Below, piece by piece: positions 16,700-27,582 of a stretch of 64,000 bases of DNA. Source of the DNA: Pirellulales bacterium (lineage in GTDB: Bacteria > Planctomycetota > Planctomycetia > Pirellulales > PALSA-1355); assembly GCA_963733035.1 (NCBI GenBank), contig CAVTBU010000006.1, forward strand, positions 256,001 through 320,000. The letters run 5' to 3'. Below the pieces are notes generated by a model. That model had not been told where the DNA came from. It made no database searches and saw only the letters and a program-made list of their open reading frames with translations. Position 1 is the first letter of the stretch, and each line of letters begins with the position of its first letter. Both the position numbers and the translations under genes were made by a program.

Positions 16700-18240
16700 T
16701 TGCTTTAATTAAGGCTTCCCGTGCATCACCGTAAAACACAATCGTCACTTTCGTCGCCAAATCGTCAGACAGTTCAAAGAGCTGTTTTCGCGATGAAATT
16801 GGCATGAGGACAACGGACGCGCCTTTCTCGACCGCCAATTCGACGACATCAATCGCATTGTGCACCGGATCAATTGACCCACCGAGATTCAATCCCCCTA
16901 CAACAACCAAGCCGCCGCGTAGGCTGCGGTTTATCAGTGACGAACAGAGGCCCAAGAGGGCGGCCATGCCTAGCGACCTTCCGCCCTTGCTGGCGTCAAA
17001 CGCCCGCAGCTGAATTGAAAACTCGTGCTCCCGCGGGTTGCGGTCACCGACAAGTTGAGACGGCTGAGAATACAAATTGGCTTCCGCGTACTTCACTGAC
17101 TCAGAGAACGACGGAGGAGCCGGTCGATTGAGAATTCGCGTCCCATTGCCTGGACCTTCAGAAACTTCGATGCGATACAGCCCCGAACCTTCGTCCTGGC
17201 CGCCGGGGCTAATCGCCCATACTTGTCCAGGCGGCAATGGATCGCGGCCGATATGGTCCTCGCTCTGCAATTCCGGGGTGACGACGAACTGTTCGATGCC
17301 GTCGCGGCCAAGCGCGTAACTAAACTGCGTGTTTCGGAACTCGGCACTGCCGATTCGCTTCTGTTGCTCCTTGACGCGTCGGCGAGATTCCAATGCCAGA
17401 CGCACTGCCCATTCAAGGTCTTTGTCAGACACGTCTTCGTCCGGGCTAGGATGAATGAGCTTGAGTAGGCCATTGATTGTTTTGTTGGCTGCGTTTTGAT
17501 CCCGACCACTCAATGCACCTCCGAACGTTACTCTTCCCTGCAGGGTCGATAGCCGATTGTGGCTTCTTAGGCGGGTCCAACACTCGCTCAGGAAATCGGA
17601 TACCAGCCCAAAATGGTTCGTCTTTGTTTGTTCGGAGACTTTCGGCACGTCCCAGCCTGGAAGGTAACCGTGAATTCGGTCCATGAGTGCGGTGTCATCT
17701 CGCATTTCGGGCGGCATCGGACCGAATAGGTGCCCGACTCGTTGCTGATGTGCCACATCGACTTCAAAATTCCCGACCATTACGATACTGCCGTAAGCCC
17801 TAATGCTTTCCTTTCCGCGGCTGAATTCACCGGACTCCATGTACCCTTTCATGATGTTGACGCCGTCCTTTTGATCGAAGGACACGCCGGACACCTCGTC
17901 GAAACACACCACATCATACTGACACACCAAGCCGCGCTGCCCCGTGCTGTTATTCACAAACATGCGGGCCACCGTCGCTTTGCCGCCGGAAACCAGGTGA
18001 GCGTACGGCGATATTTGCTGATATAAATGGCTCTTGCCAGTTCCACGCGGACCGAGTTCAACCAGGTTGTAGTTATTCTCAACAAAGGGAACCATGCGCA
18101 GGAGGAGGGCATCCATATTCCGAGGGCTGAGCGACTGCGGCTCCAGCCCGATGCTCCGAATCAAGAACTGCTTCCATTCATCGGTGGTAAAACGTTGACG
18201 CCCTTCATAGAGGCTGTCCAGCACATCCCGTTTCGAGGCA
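16689..18240 (-). pseudogene. brxL: BrxL-like AAA+/Lon-domain protein, N-terminally truncated
   Basis: LLRMVPFVENNYNLVELGPRGTGKSH, DVVCFDEV, MKGYMESGEFSRG, DRIHGYLPGW, C-terminal Lon-like domain; homology stops near 18240. Confidence 0.8.
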
Positions 18241-20597
18241 AGTCTGCCTGATGCCAAGAAGTCAGGCACGGGCTGGTCGGCCTGCTGTCCGGCCCACGAC
18301 GATCGGCAGCCCAGCCTGTCGATCGCCGAGGGGGAGGACGGCCGGGTCTTGCTCAAGTGTCACGCCGGTTGCCCAGTCGATGCAATCTGTGCGGCGCTCG
18401 GCCTCAAGCCGACAGACCTGTTTGCAGTGTCAACGTCAACGGTATTGCACCCAGCCCGGGAAAAACACCAATACCGTGGACAGGCAAACGGCAAAACGAT
18501 GGGCAACTCGTTCGCCACCGCTGACGAGGCAATCCACGAGCTCGAGCGGCGGCATGGCCCTTCCACGGCCCGATGGACCTACCGCGATGACAGCGGAGTT
18601 GTGGTCGGCGTGGTCGTTCGATGGGACTTGCCGGACGGCAGCAAGAAGATTCGGCCAGTCAGCCTGCATGGCGACCACTGGCGAATTGCGGGAATGTCCA
18701 CGCCTCGGCCGTTGTACCGCCCGGAAGACCTGCGTGACGCGAAGCGGGTCTACGTCTGCGAGGGCGAGAAGGCCGTGGAAGCGGCCCGATCGCTCGGACT
18801 GATCGCGACCACTTCGGCGCATGGATCGAAGTCGTCGGACAAGACCGATTGGAGTCCGCTCGCCGGGAGGGAGGTCGTGCTTCTGCCCGACAACGATCCG
18901 GCTGGACTTGAGTATGCAGACGCAGTCGTCGGTCTGTTGGAGCGACTCAAGCCTCCTCCGACGATCAAGGTGGTAGAGCTGCCTGACCTGCCGCAGAAGG
19001 GCGACATCGTGGAGTGGATCGAATCACATGGCGACGCAGCGGAGCCCGAGTCAATGCGAGACGAACTGGAGCAACTGGCCGACCAAGCAGATTTTGTTCA
19101 GCGCAATGTTCCGGCGAAATCAGGCGCCCGCGTCGTGAGCTTCACTCCGTTTCCGACGGAGGTGTTGCCCGAACCGATTCGAAGCTTTGTGCTTGTTGCA
19201 GCAAGGGCAATCTGCTGTGACGCGTCGTACATCGTTCTCCCGTTGTTGGCCGTGCTGGCGTCGGCGATTGGCAACACGCGCCGATTGACACTCAAGCCTG
19301 GGTGGAACGCGCCAGCAATCATCTGGACAGCCATCGTGGGCGAGAGCGGCACGGCCAAGACGCCGGCGTTTTCGCTCGTGATGCGGCCCATCAAGAATCG
19401 CCAGGCGAAGGCGCTCAAGCAATACGAAGCGGACATGCAGCAGTACCAGACTGACCTGGCGAACTATGACAAGGCGTTGACCGTCTGGAAACGGGATAAG
19501 AACACAACGGATCCGCCGCCGGACAAGCCGCATGAGCCACAGCCCAGACGGTGCATGGTCGGCGACACAACCGTCGAAGCACTCGCCCCGATTCTCAAGG
19601 CAAACTGGTGCGGCGTGCTGGTGGCCCGAGATGAGTTGGCCGGCTGGATTGGCTCGTTCGATCGATACGCCAGCGGCAAGGGCGGTGCAGACTCCCGCAT
19701 TGGTTGAGCATGTTCAATGGCGAGAACATCTCCGTGGATCGCAAGACGGGCATCCCCAAAACCATTTTCGTTCCGCTGGCCTCCGTTTGTGTGACCGGCG
19801 GCATTCAGCCGGCCATTCTGCATCGGGCCCTGGGAACTCAGCACAGAGAGTCTGGTCTGGCGGCGCGTCTGCTCGTGTGTTGCCCTCCGCGCAAGGCCAA
19901 GAAGTGGACCGATGCGGGCATCGACCCATCCATGGAAGCACAGCTTGCCATGCTGCTGGATCGTCTGTTTGAGCTCGAGCCCAGGTTCGACGAGGACGAC
20001 GAGCCGATGCCGGTCCTGGTTCGACTGTCGAAGGAAGCGCATGAGGAGTGGAAGGCCTACTACGATGCCCATGCGCATGAGCAGGTCGATTTGACCGGCG
20101 ATCTGTCCGCAGCGTGGTCAAAGCTCGAGGAATATGCCGCTCGGCTGGCGCTCGTGGTCCATTTGGTCCGCTGGGCCGCCGATGACCCAACGCTGGAGTC
20201 AGAACATGTCGTCGACGTCGACAGCGTTCGAGCGGGCGTCACGATGACCCAGTGGTTCAAGCACGAAGTTCGACGTGTCTATGCGCTGCTGTGCGAGACG
20301 GACGAGGAGCGAGACGAGCGCCGGCTCGTCGAGTGGATCGATCGCAAAGGCGGAGCGGTCACAGCTCGCGAGGCGCACATGGGCTGCCGCTGGCTTCGGG
20401 AGGCGGGCTTGGCCGAAGCTGCACTGAATGCGCTGGTGCAATCTGGGCAGGGCACCTGGGAACCATCGCCTCGCGGAGCTCGTGGCCAACCGACGCGCCG
20501 ATTCCGACTGACAACAGCGTCAACCGTCAACGGTAATTGTCCCGCACCCGACGAAAAGACGAATACCGTTGACGTTGACGACGCAGACGCAGCGTAG
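18241..20597 (+). CDS. Primase (Zn-finger + TOPRIM)/DUF3987 helicase-like replication protein; no start codon, frameshift near 19695
   Basis: CCPAHDD...KCHAGC, VCEGEKA, LPDND, VGESGTAKT, RDELAGW, GGIQP, SGLAARLL. Confidence 0.8.
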
Positions 20598-20761
20598 ATC
20601 GCACTCGCCAGGGGAACTTTTGGCAGTTCCCCGTCCACCGGGCCCGTTTGCTTTGCAAGATGCGAAACGTGCCGGTAGTGTCCGCGTGTGGCCCGTCGCG
20701 AACCGACGCGAGCCCGTGCAACTTTACAACGACCAAGTTCTAAATCTTGAAACGAAAGGAA

Positions 20762-21973
20762 ATGAAGATGGCAAGTATCGCAACGGATCAAAATGGCCGG
20801 CGGCGAATTCTGTTTATTGCGCCGGATGGACGGCGGCCAACGGTGCGGCTGGGCAAGGTGTCGCAGCGGGCGGCTGAGGGCGTGAAGCACCGCGTGGAAC
20901 AATTGCTCGAGTGCAAAATGCTTAACCGGCCGATGGAGGCGGACCTGGCAACGTGGGTCGCGAGGCTGCATCCTCGCATGGCCAAGAGGTTCGCGGCGGT
21001 GGGGCTGATTCCCAAGGCGGATGCGCTGGCGGGCCCAACGTTGCAGAACTTCATCAACGAATACACCACGGCACGCAGCGACATCAAACCACGGTCGGTC
21101 AATCGATTGGAAGCGGCCGGCAAGAAGCTCGTGGAGTGCTTTGGGCCGGATCGGCGGATGAAGGAGTTTACGATTGGAGACGCCGACAGCTTCCGTATTT
21201 GGCTGCTTGGACAAAGTTTTGCTGAAAACACCGTGCGGCGGCTTTGCGGACGTGCCAAGCAGTTCTTCAGGGCGGCTGTGCGGCGGAAGCTGATCCCGGA
21301 GAATCCGTTCGGCGATCTGGTGTCCGCGGTGCGAGGCAACCCCAGCCGCTTCTACTTCGTTACTCAAGAGGAGGCGACGAAAGTGCTCGATGCCTGCCCC
21401 GACGCCGAATGGCGGCTCTTGTTCGCGCTCAGCCGCTACGGCGGGCTGCGCTGCCCCAGCGAGCACCTCAGCATGCGGTGGGGCGATGTCGACTGGGCGA
21501 ACAATCGGGTGCGTGTGCCCAGCCCGAAGACGGAGCACATTGAGGGGAAGGAGTCGCGGATGATCCCCATGTTCCCCGAGTTGAAACCGTACCTCGAGGA
21601 GGCGTTCGAGCAAGCCGCGCCGGGCACCGAGTTTGTGATCAACCGCTACCGCAGTTGCAACGCCAACCTGCGAACCCAGCTCATGCGGATCATCAAACGG
21701 GCCGGACTGAAGCCGTGGCCCAAGCCGTTTCAGAACCTGCGGAGCACGCGGGAGACCGAGCTGATGGAGAAGTTTCCGGCCCACGTCGTGTGCGGTTGGA
21801 TTGGCAACAGCGAGGCGATCGCGCTCAAGCACTACCTGCAAGTCACCGACGACCATTTCGATCGGGCCGTGCGGGGCGAGGCGGAGATCGGGCCGGAAGT
21901 CGCGCCGACTGTTACCAACACTCCCGCCAACCCAGCGGCGCAAAGCGGCGCAGCATGCGCACGCAACGGGTAG
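20762..21973 (+). CDS. Tyrosine recombinase/integrase
   Basis: GGLRCPSE, SPKT, QNLRST, WIGNS, KHY catalytic pattern; ends ~90 bp from tRNA-Glu 3' end. Confidence 0.92.
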   Translation: MKMASIATDQNGRRRILFIAPDGRRPTVRLGKVSQRAAEGVKHRVEQLLECKMLNRPMEADLATWVARLHPRMAKRFAAVGLIPKADALAGPTLQNFINEYTTARSDIKPRSVNRLEAAGKKLVECFGPDRRMKEFTIGDADSFRIWLLGQSFAENTVRRLCGRAKQFFRAAVRRKLIPENPFGDLVSAVRGNPSRFYFVTQEEATKVLDACPDAEWRLLFALSRYGGLRCPSEHLSMRWGDVDWANNRVRVPSPKTEHIEGKESRMIPMFPELKPYLEEAFEQAAPGTEFVINRYRSCNANLRTQLMRIIKRAGLKPWPKPFQNLRSTRETELMEKFPAHVVCGWIGNSEAIALKHYLQVTDDHFDRAVRGEAEIGPEVAPTVTNTPANPAAQSGAACARNG

Positions 21974-22065
21974 CAGCGAGCCGCAGGCGACTCAGACCAC
22001 CAACGCAAAAGCCCCGGGATTGCCGGGGCCTGCGACTTCCTGCGATATAGTGAACACTTGTTCAG

Positions 22066-22138
22066 TACCCCCACGGGGAGTCGAACCCCGGTTTTCGGAC
22101 TGAGAATCCGACGTCCTGGGCCACTAGACGATGGGGGC
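22066..22138 (-). tRNA. tRNA-Glu(CTC)
   Basis: GCCCCCA/TGGGGGT-A; TCGGA-TTCTCAG-TCCGA; GGTTCGACTCC. Confidence 0.93.
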
Positions 22139-22291
22139 GTGGCCTTGGGTTGGTCTGCGTTGTCGGAGGCGGACGACCTTCGACGGCGACCAGGCTATTC
22201 TAATCTATCGGCCCCGCCAAGGGCCAAACCCTAGTTGGTATAAAAACGTCGGGGGGCTGTCAACGGGTGCGGTGCGGCTCTTTACGTCGGC

Positions 22292-23884
22292 CTACCCGTC
22301 CGTCGCGCCTTCATTCGTTGTCGTGCCGCGTGGAGCGCGCTGCAGCCACTCGCGCCAGAGACGGAAGCTGCGGTAATCGCTTGGAGTCCGGCGCTCCGCG
22401 AGGACGACGCCGATGAGCACCCGCATTTCGCCGTCGAGTTCGTTGCGTTGGGGGTATAGGCGTGTGAGCTTGTCGGCGGCTTCGGTGAACTTGTTTTCGC
22501 GGATCAGCACCACGGCCTGCCCCGCCAAACCGAACGCACGCAGTTGCACCTCGGCATCATTATATGCCGCAAACTCGTCGAATATTTCCTTGGCCTGGGC
22601 GTAGTCGTAGTCGCGCAGGTAGAGCAATGCCAGGCCCTGTTTGGCCCGCTGGACGTCGAAAGTACTGTTGGGAAAGTAGTAGGGGACGCTCTTCCAGCCG
22701 GCTTCAGTATCGAGCAGTGTGGCGTAGATCAATTGCTCAGCCGACGTATCGTGCTTGGAAACCGCCGTGGGGTCTTCGGGGGTGGCCACGATCACCGGTG
22801 CTGAACGCAGAGCCCAGGCCGCTGCGGCCCCCAACCCCAGACACAACACGCTGGCAGCGATCCAGGGCAAGATGCCGCGCCGCCGCACAGCCGGCATCGA
22901 CGAGGTGCGCATCGCGACCGCCAACTGCTGTGTGGCCTGGCGGCGGGCTTCGACGGTGCTCAGCAGGTCGTCCTGCCAACCATCCACTTCCTCACCCGGA
23001 TCATCCTGATAGAGCTCGATCGACACGGTTCGTAGTTCGTGGAGGAGTTGCCGCGGCGTGGAATATCGCTCCTTGGGATCCTTGGCCAGCATCGTGTGCA
23101 CGATGCGGCAGACCTGCGCGGGGATGTCCGCCCGTAGATTCTCAATCCGCTGCGGCGGAGCGTTCAGGTGTTGCACGGCGATCGACAAGGCCGTTTCGCC
23201 GCGGAACGGGGGTTCTCCGGCCAGCATTTCGTAGGCGGTGACGCCCAGCGAGTAGATATCGCTGCGGCTGTCGAGCGGTTTACCTTCGACCTGCTCGGGG
23301 CTCATATAGAGCGGCGTGCCCATCGTGACGCCAATTTGCGTGAGGTTTTGAGCCTCGTCGGCGCGATACAGCCGCGCCAGGCCAAAGTCGGCTACCTTCA
23401 CTTCGCCGCTGGCCGAGAGCATGATATTTTCCGGCTTGATGTCGCGGTGGACGATGCCATGCTCGGCGGCCTTGTGTAGCGCGGCGGCCACCTGGCGAAC
23501 GATCGCCACGACGCGGGCAACTTCTGGCGGTCCTCGTCGGGTCATCAGTTCGGCCAGGTTAAGCCCCTGGACGTATTCCTGGGCGATGAAATGGGAGCCA
23601 TCGGCGTAGCCCACTTCGTATATCTGGACGATGTTGGCGTGGATGAGTTGGGCGGCGGCCCGGGCTTCTTGCTGAAAACGATCGACGTAGGTGGCGTCGG
23701 TAGCCAGGTTGCTGCGGAGGATCTTGATGGCAACTTGCCGGCCGAGCGAGAGCTGGTTGGCCAGATAGACTTCGGCCATGGCGCCTTTGCCGAGTCGCCG
23801 GAGCAATCGATAGCCGTTTAGAGTTCGTCCCGAGAAGTCGGTATCCGCGGCGGCATCGGTTGCGGTCGGTCGGACGTCCGACAT
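22292..23884 (-). CDS. Membrane Ser/Thr protein kinase
   Basis: LGKGAMAEVY, VAIK, HRDIKPEN, DFG, GTPLYMSPEQ; TM helix. Confidence 0.95.
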   Translation of the reverse strand: MSDVRPTATDAAADTDFSGRTLNGYRLLRRLGKGAMAEVYLANQLSLGRQVAIKILRSNLATDATYVDRFQQEARAAAQLIHANIVQIYEVGYADGSHFIAQEYVQGLNLAELMTRRGPPEVARVVAIVRQVAAALHKAAEHGIVHRDIKPENIMLSASGEVKVADFGLARLYRADEAQNLTQIGVTMGTPLYMSPEQVEGKPLDSRSDIYSLGVTAYEMLAGEPPFRGETALSIAVQHLNAPPQRIENLRADIPAQVCRIVHTMLAKDPKERYSTPRQLLHELRTVSIELYQDDPGEEVDGWQDDLLSTVEARRQATQQLAVAMRTSSMPAVRRRGILPWIAASVLCLGLGAAAAWALRSAPVIVATPEDPTAVSKHDTSAEQLIYATLLDTEAGWKSVPYYFPNSTFDVQRAKQGLALLYLRDYDYAQAKEIFDEFAAYNDAEVQLRAFGLAGQAVVLIRENKFTEAADKLTRLYPQRNELDGEMRVLIGVVLAERRTPSDYRSFRLWREWLQRAPRGTTTNEGATDG

Positions 23885-24096
23885 GGGAGTTCTCGGCGGT
23901 ACGTCGGTTGGCAGTCGCTGGGATGGTTGCCGTGCCGGTGGGATGCGGCAATCGCTGCAATTCAGTTCCAAAAGGGTCACGGGTCACAACCGTCCCATTC
24001 TATCAAACGGGGCCAGACCTTAATTTAGTATGAAGCGGCAACGCCCCACTGACAACCGTCGCATAAGTTACAAAAAAATGCACGTTCGGCCGGCCG

Positions 24097-26436
24097 CTAG
24101 CGGTTCAGCTGTTGGGGCCAGTTGAGATGTCTGTGCAGAAAATCGAAGGTGCCAACGCCGTGAATGGTGTGGGGACCGTCGAAGAATTCGATGGCCGTGC
24201 GATCGGGGATGCCGAGGTCAGCATAAAGGTGCCGAATTTTGGCATATTCATAAGCAACCCACGGGTCGGGCGCGACGCCGTCGTGATGGCCCCGTTCGAC
24301 CATGAACGGTCGCGGCGCGATCAGGGCTGCCATTTCGGCATAGTTGTAGGTGTTGCCCAGGTCGAACTCGAAGATCTCATATTCACCGGTGGCAACATAA
24401 CTATAGGGAGCGCGAGTCGAGGCATTCTTCCAAATCCACTCATTGAAGTCGGCCGAACAGATCGAAAGGCAATAGTTCTCGACAAGGGCGGGCACGCGCA
24501 TCGCGGTCTTGCCGCCGTACGAGAGGCCATAAAACGCGATCCGCTCCGGATCGACCATCGGCAGCGTGGCTAGCCAGTTCACGAGTTGCTGGTGTTGCGG
24601 CACGATGATCGAGAACAACGTCTTGCCAAGCGGATTGGCCTTGCGCTGCAGAGTGCGGAAACGGTCTTGAAAAATGTAGGGGTTTTGGGGCGCGTAGACG
24701 ATGAAGCCGCGCTCGGCGAGCCGGCAGGCGTATTGGTTGTAGGCGGGATTTACTTTCGCGGGATCGGCGACGTCGGTCGGGCGTCCTTCCAGACCATGCT
24801 GGCAAACCACCACCGGCCGCCGCTCGCCGGGCTGCAGATTCTTGGGCAGCAACAGGATGCCGTAGGCGAAGACGTCGGGAAAAACGTCGAGCACGACTTC
24901 GTGCCCCGTGTAAAGCGTTTCGTCGTAGATCTGTCGCGTGCGCGGATTTGCCGGCAAAAGCGGTTCGTCGAAGCGGCCGATGACTTCGTCGTAGAAATGT
25001 TGGCGGTACGATTGAGTTGATGCTTTCCATTTCTCCCGGTCGTGCGACGCGCGGTCGGCTTTGGACCAGAAGTCTTCTCGTACGTACTCGCCTTCGCGCA
25101 TCAGGTGCTGCGTGTCGGCGTTGATCTGGTCGAAGGCCCGTCGATGCCGATCGGTGGCGTCGGGCAGTTCTTGCTCGATCACAGGTGACTCGGTGAGGGG
25201 GACGAAGACCGCGTCGCGATAGAGTGTCGTAAGAAACGCGGTGACGGCTTTTTCGGTATAAGGAGCGCCACTGCCGTCATCACTGACAATGCATTGAGGC
25301 GGATGTTTTGTCTCGAGGCCCGCGATCAGCGATTTGCCACGATCGATTTCGGCTTGCACGGTGCTCGCCGCAGGCGTTATCAGCTGCCCAGGCGCAGCCG
25401 AGCTATTGCGACCCTCACCTGCCGCCGGCGGACCGGAGACGTCGGGTGCTCGGCAGGCCTCGACGACGAGTGTCCGCGGAGCGATCAGGCTGGCTAGCTC
25501 GGCGTCTCCGAACTGGTCCAACAGCCCGAAGACGTTGCGGTAAATGGGCTCCTGCCAGATTCCTTGCCTGCTGCCGAAGTACCCGCTGACAAGCGCCGCG
25601 TCGATCCGTTCGTCGAGTGCGGCCGCGTACAACGCTATCAATCCGCCTTCGCCGTAACCGGCCACGCCGATCGGTCGTACATCGGCGCCTTGTGCCTGGC
25701 GGAACCAGTCGACGGCGGCCAACACCTTTTGCACTTCGTAACCGATGATGTGTCGTCCCATTTCGAACGCCGGACGATAAAGGAATTCTCGATGCGGTTG
25801 GTTTGTGGCGCGGGGGCCAATGGCCGAGAGGTCGTCTTGGCGGTTGATTAGCGCGGGCACGACCACTTCGCAGCCGCGCTCGGCCATGCGTTGCGCGATC
25901 CGATCGCTCGGTTCGACTCCAGTGATCAGACCCGACAACTGCTCTGGCGTCTGATCTGCGTCGGGGATAATGACAATGCGGGCATGGACGTTTTCAGCAG
26001 ATCGAGGGCGCAGCAAAAGGCCCTCAGCGTGGACGCCGCGGACCACTGGCCAGCGAACCGCGATAATCTCGATCTCGGGGTGTCTCGCCGTCGCCAACAC
26101 GGCCGGATGCGAAGATGTCTGCAGGAATTCGATCTCGCGCACTTGGGCGCGGTCGTCGTGGGCGCCTACGATTTTCGCCAATCGTGCGCGGTTGGGAGCG
26201 ATCGATTGGCTGTGGGCCTCTGGGCTGGAGACGTCGCGTTTCCAATGCCGCGACCGCCGGGACACCGATTCGTCGATCTCGCGGAGCAGAAACCGATCGA
26301 TGCCGGCCACCATCTGGTCGGCCAAATCGCCGTGCATTTCGAGCGGCTTGGTGCCGGGCAGGGGCTCGCCTGCGGAAAGGTAAGGCAGCCAACTTAGCAA
26401 GAGAGCAATCAGGCAGGCAGCGCAACTCGACTTCAT
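24097..26436 (-). CDS. Secreted two-domain alpha/beta hydrolase (dienelactone hydrolase/esterase-like)
   Basis: Signal peptide; GYGEGG and GLSYGG nucleophile elbows. Confidence 0.8.
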   Translation of the reverse strand: MKSSCAACLIALLLSWLPYLSAGEPLPGTKPLEMHGDLADQMVAGIDRFLLREIDESVSRRSRHWKRDVSSPEAHSQSIAPNRARLAKIVGAHDDRAQVREIEFLQTSSHPAVLATARHPEIEIIAVRWPVVRGVHAEGLLLRPRSAENVHARIVIIPDADQTPEQLSGLITGVEPSDRIAQRMAERGCEVVVPALINRQDDLSAIGPRATNQPHREFLYRPAFEMGRHIIGYEVQKVLAAVDWFRQAQGADVRPIGVAGYGEGGLIALYAAALDERIDAALVSGYFGSRQGIWQEPIYRNVFGLLDQFGDAELASLIAPRTLVVEACRAPDVSGPPAAGEGRNSSAAPGQLITPAASTVQAEIDRGKSLIAGLETKHPPQCIVSDDGSGAPYTEKAVTAFLTTLYRDAVFVPLTESPVIEQELPDATDRHRRAFDQINADTQHLMREGEYVREDFWSKADRASHDREKWKASTQSYRQHFYDEVIGRFDEPLLPANPRTRQIYDETLYTGHEVVLDVFPDVFAYGILLLPKNLQPGERRPVVVCQHGLEGRPTDVADPAKVNPAYNQYACRLAERGFIVYAPQNPYIFQDRFRTLQRKANPLGKTLFSIIVPQHQQLVNWLATLPMVDPERIAFYGLSYGGKTAMRVPALVENYCLSICSADFNEWIWKNASTRAPYSYVATGEYEIFEFDLGNTYNYAEMAALIAPRPFMVERGHHDGVAPDPWVAYEYAKIRHLYADLGIPDRTAIEFFDGPHTIHGVGTFDFLHRHLNWPQQLNR

Positions 26437-26665
26437 GCGGGTACCAAAGCGGGGAGTTGATCGATTTCGGTAGGTCGTTCAGGGCGATTTCAAGCTTAGC
26501 AACGCCCTGGACACCATTCCACCAAAGCGGCAGCGCCAAATGGGTCGGACTGGCTGTAAGTTGGCAGCTCTTGGCTGGCCCAACTATAATTTGGGCTATT
26601 CCGGCGGCCGACAGCGGCGGACCGGTTTTTTCTCCGAAAATCGAGACGCCTCGAAAGTGATCCTC

Positions 26666-27559
26666 ATGAGCCAACTTTTTGTCACCAGTCGTCGCACTTT
26701 CCTGCGATCCACCTTGGCCGGCGCGGCACTCGGCACGTTTGTCTCGCGAGGTTTTGGCGACGACTCGAAGCCGCGGCTGAAAAAGGCGGTGAAGTACGGC
26801 ATGATCAAAGTGCCCGGGGCGTCAATCGAGGAGAAGTTCCAACTAATCAAGCGCTTGGGCTTCGAGGGCGTGGAAGTCGACAGCCCTAGTGACGTCGATC
26901 GCGAGGAAGCCAAGCGGGCCCAGGACGTCACCGGTATCCAGATTCACGGCGTCATCGATTCGGTGCATTGGCACAAGCGGCTTTCGGATCCCGATCCAAA
27001 GGTCCGTGCCGCGGGGTTGGCAGCGCTGCGGACGGCCATCGACGACGCCAAATTCTACGGTGCCAACACGGTGTTGCTTGTTCCTGGAAAAGTGACCGAC
27101 CCCAAAACGGAGAACTACGACCAGGTTTACGCTCGCTCGCAGGAAGAGATTCGCAAAGTGCTGCCGCAAGCCGACGATGCTGGCGTGAAGATCGCAATCG
27201 AAGTGGTTTGGAATGACTTTATCACGAAGCCCGAGCAATTGGTGCAGTACGTGGACGACTTTAAAACGCCAACCGTTGGTGCGTATTTCGACTGCAGCAA
27301 CATGGTCAAGTACGGCGTGCCTTCGGCGACTTGGATCCGCGAGCTCGGTCCGCGAATGCTCAAGTTCGACTTCAAGGGCTACAGTCACGAGCGGCAGTGG
27401 GTGCCGATTGGCGAGGGCGACGAAGATTGGCCCGAGATCCTCAAAGCCCTGGACGAAATCGGCTATCACGGTTGGGCCACCAGCGAAGTGTCTGGCGGCG
27501 GTCAGCAAGAGCTGGCGGAAATTGCCGAACGGATGAACCGCGTGTTGGGGCTGAGCTGA
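26666..27559 (+). CDS. Sugar phosphate isomerase/epimerase (TIM barrel), Tat-exported
   Basis: SRRTFL Tat motif; IAIEVVWN, YFDCSN, GEGDEDW. Confidence 0.85.
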   Translation: MSQLFVTSRRTFLRSTLAGAALGTFVSRGFGDDSKPRLKKAVKYGMIKVPGASIEEKFQLIKRLGFEGVEVDSPSDVDREEAKRAQDVTGIQIHGVIDSVHWHKRLSDPDPKVRAAGLAALRTAIDDAKFYGANTVLLVPGKVTDPKTENYDQVYARSQEEIRKVLPQADDAGVKIAIEVVWNDFITKPEQLVQYVDDFKTPTVGAYFDCSNMVKYGVPSATWIRELGPRMLKFDFKGYSHERQWVPIGEGDEDWPEILKALDEIGYHGWATSEVSGGGQQELAEIAERMNRVLGLS

Positions 27560-27582
27560 GCCCTTTTACATGCGATGTCAAC

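Noticed and set aside
16689..18240. Complete BREX system
   Set aside because: Only a truncated brxL is present; no pglZ, brxC or pglX in the window
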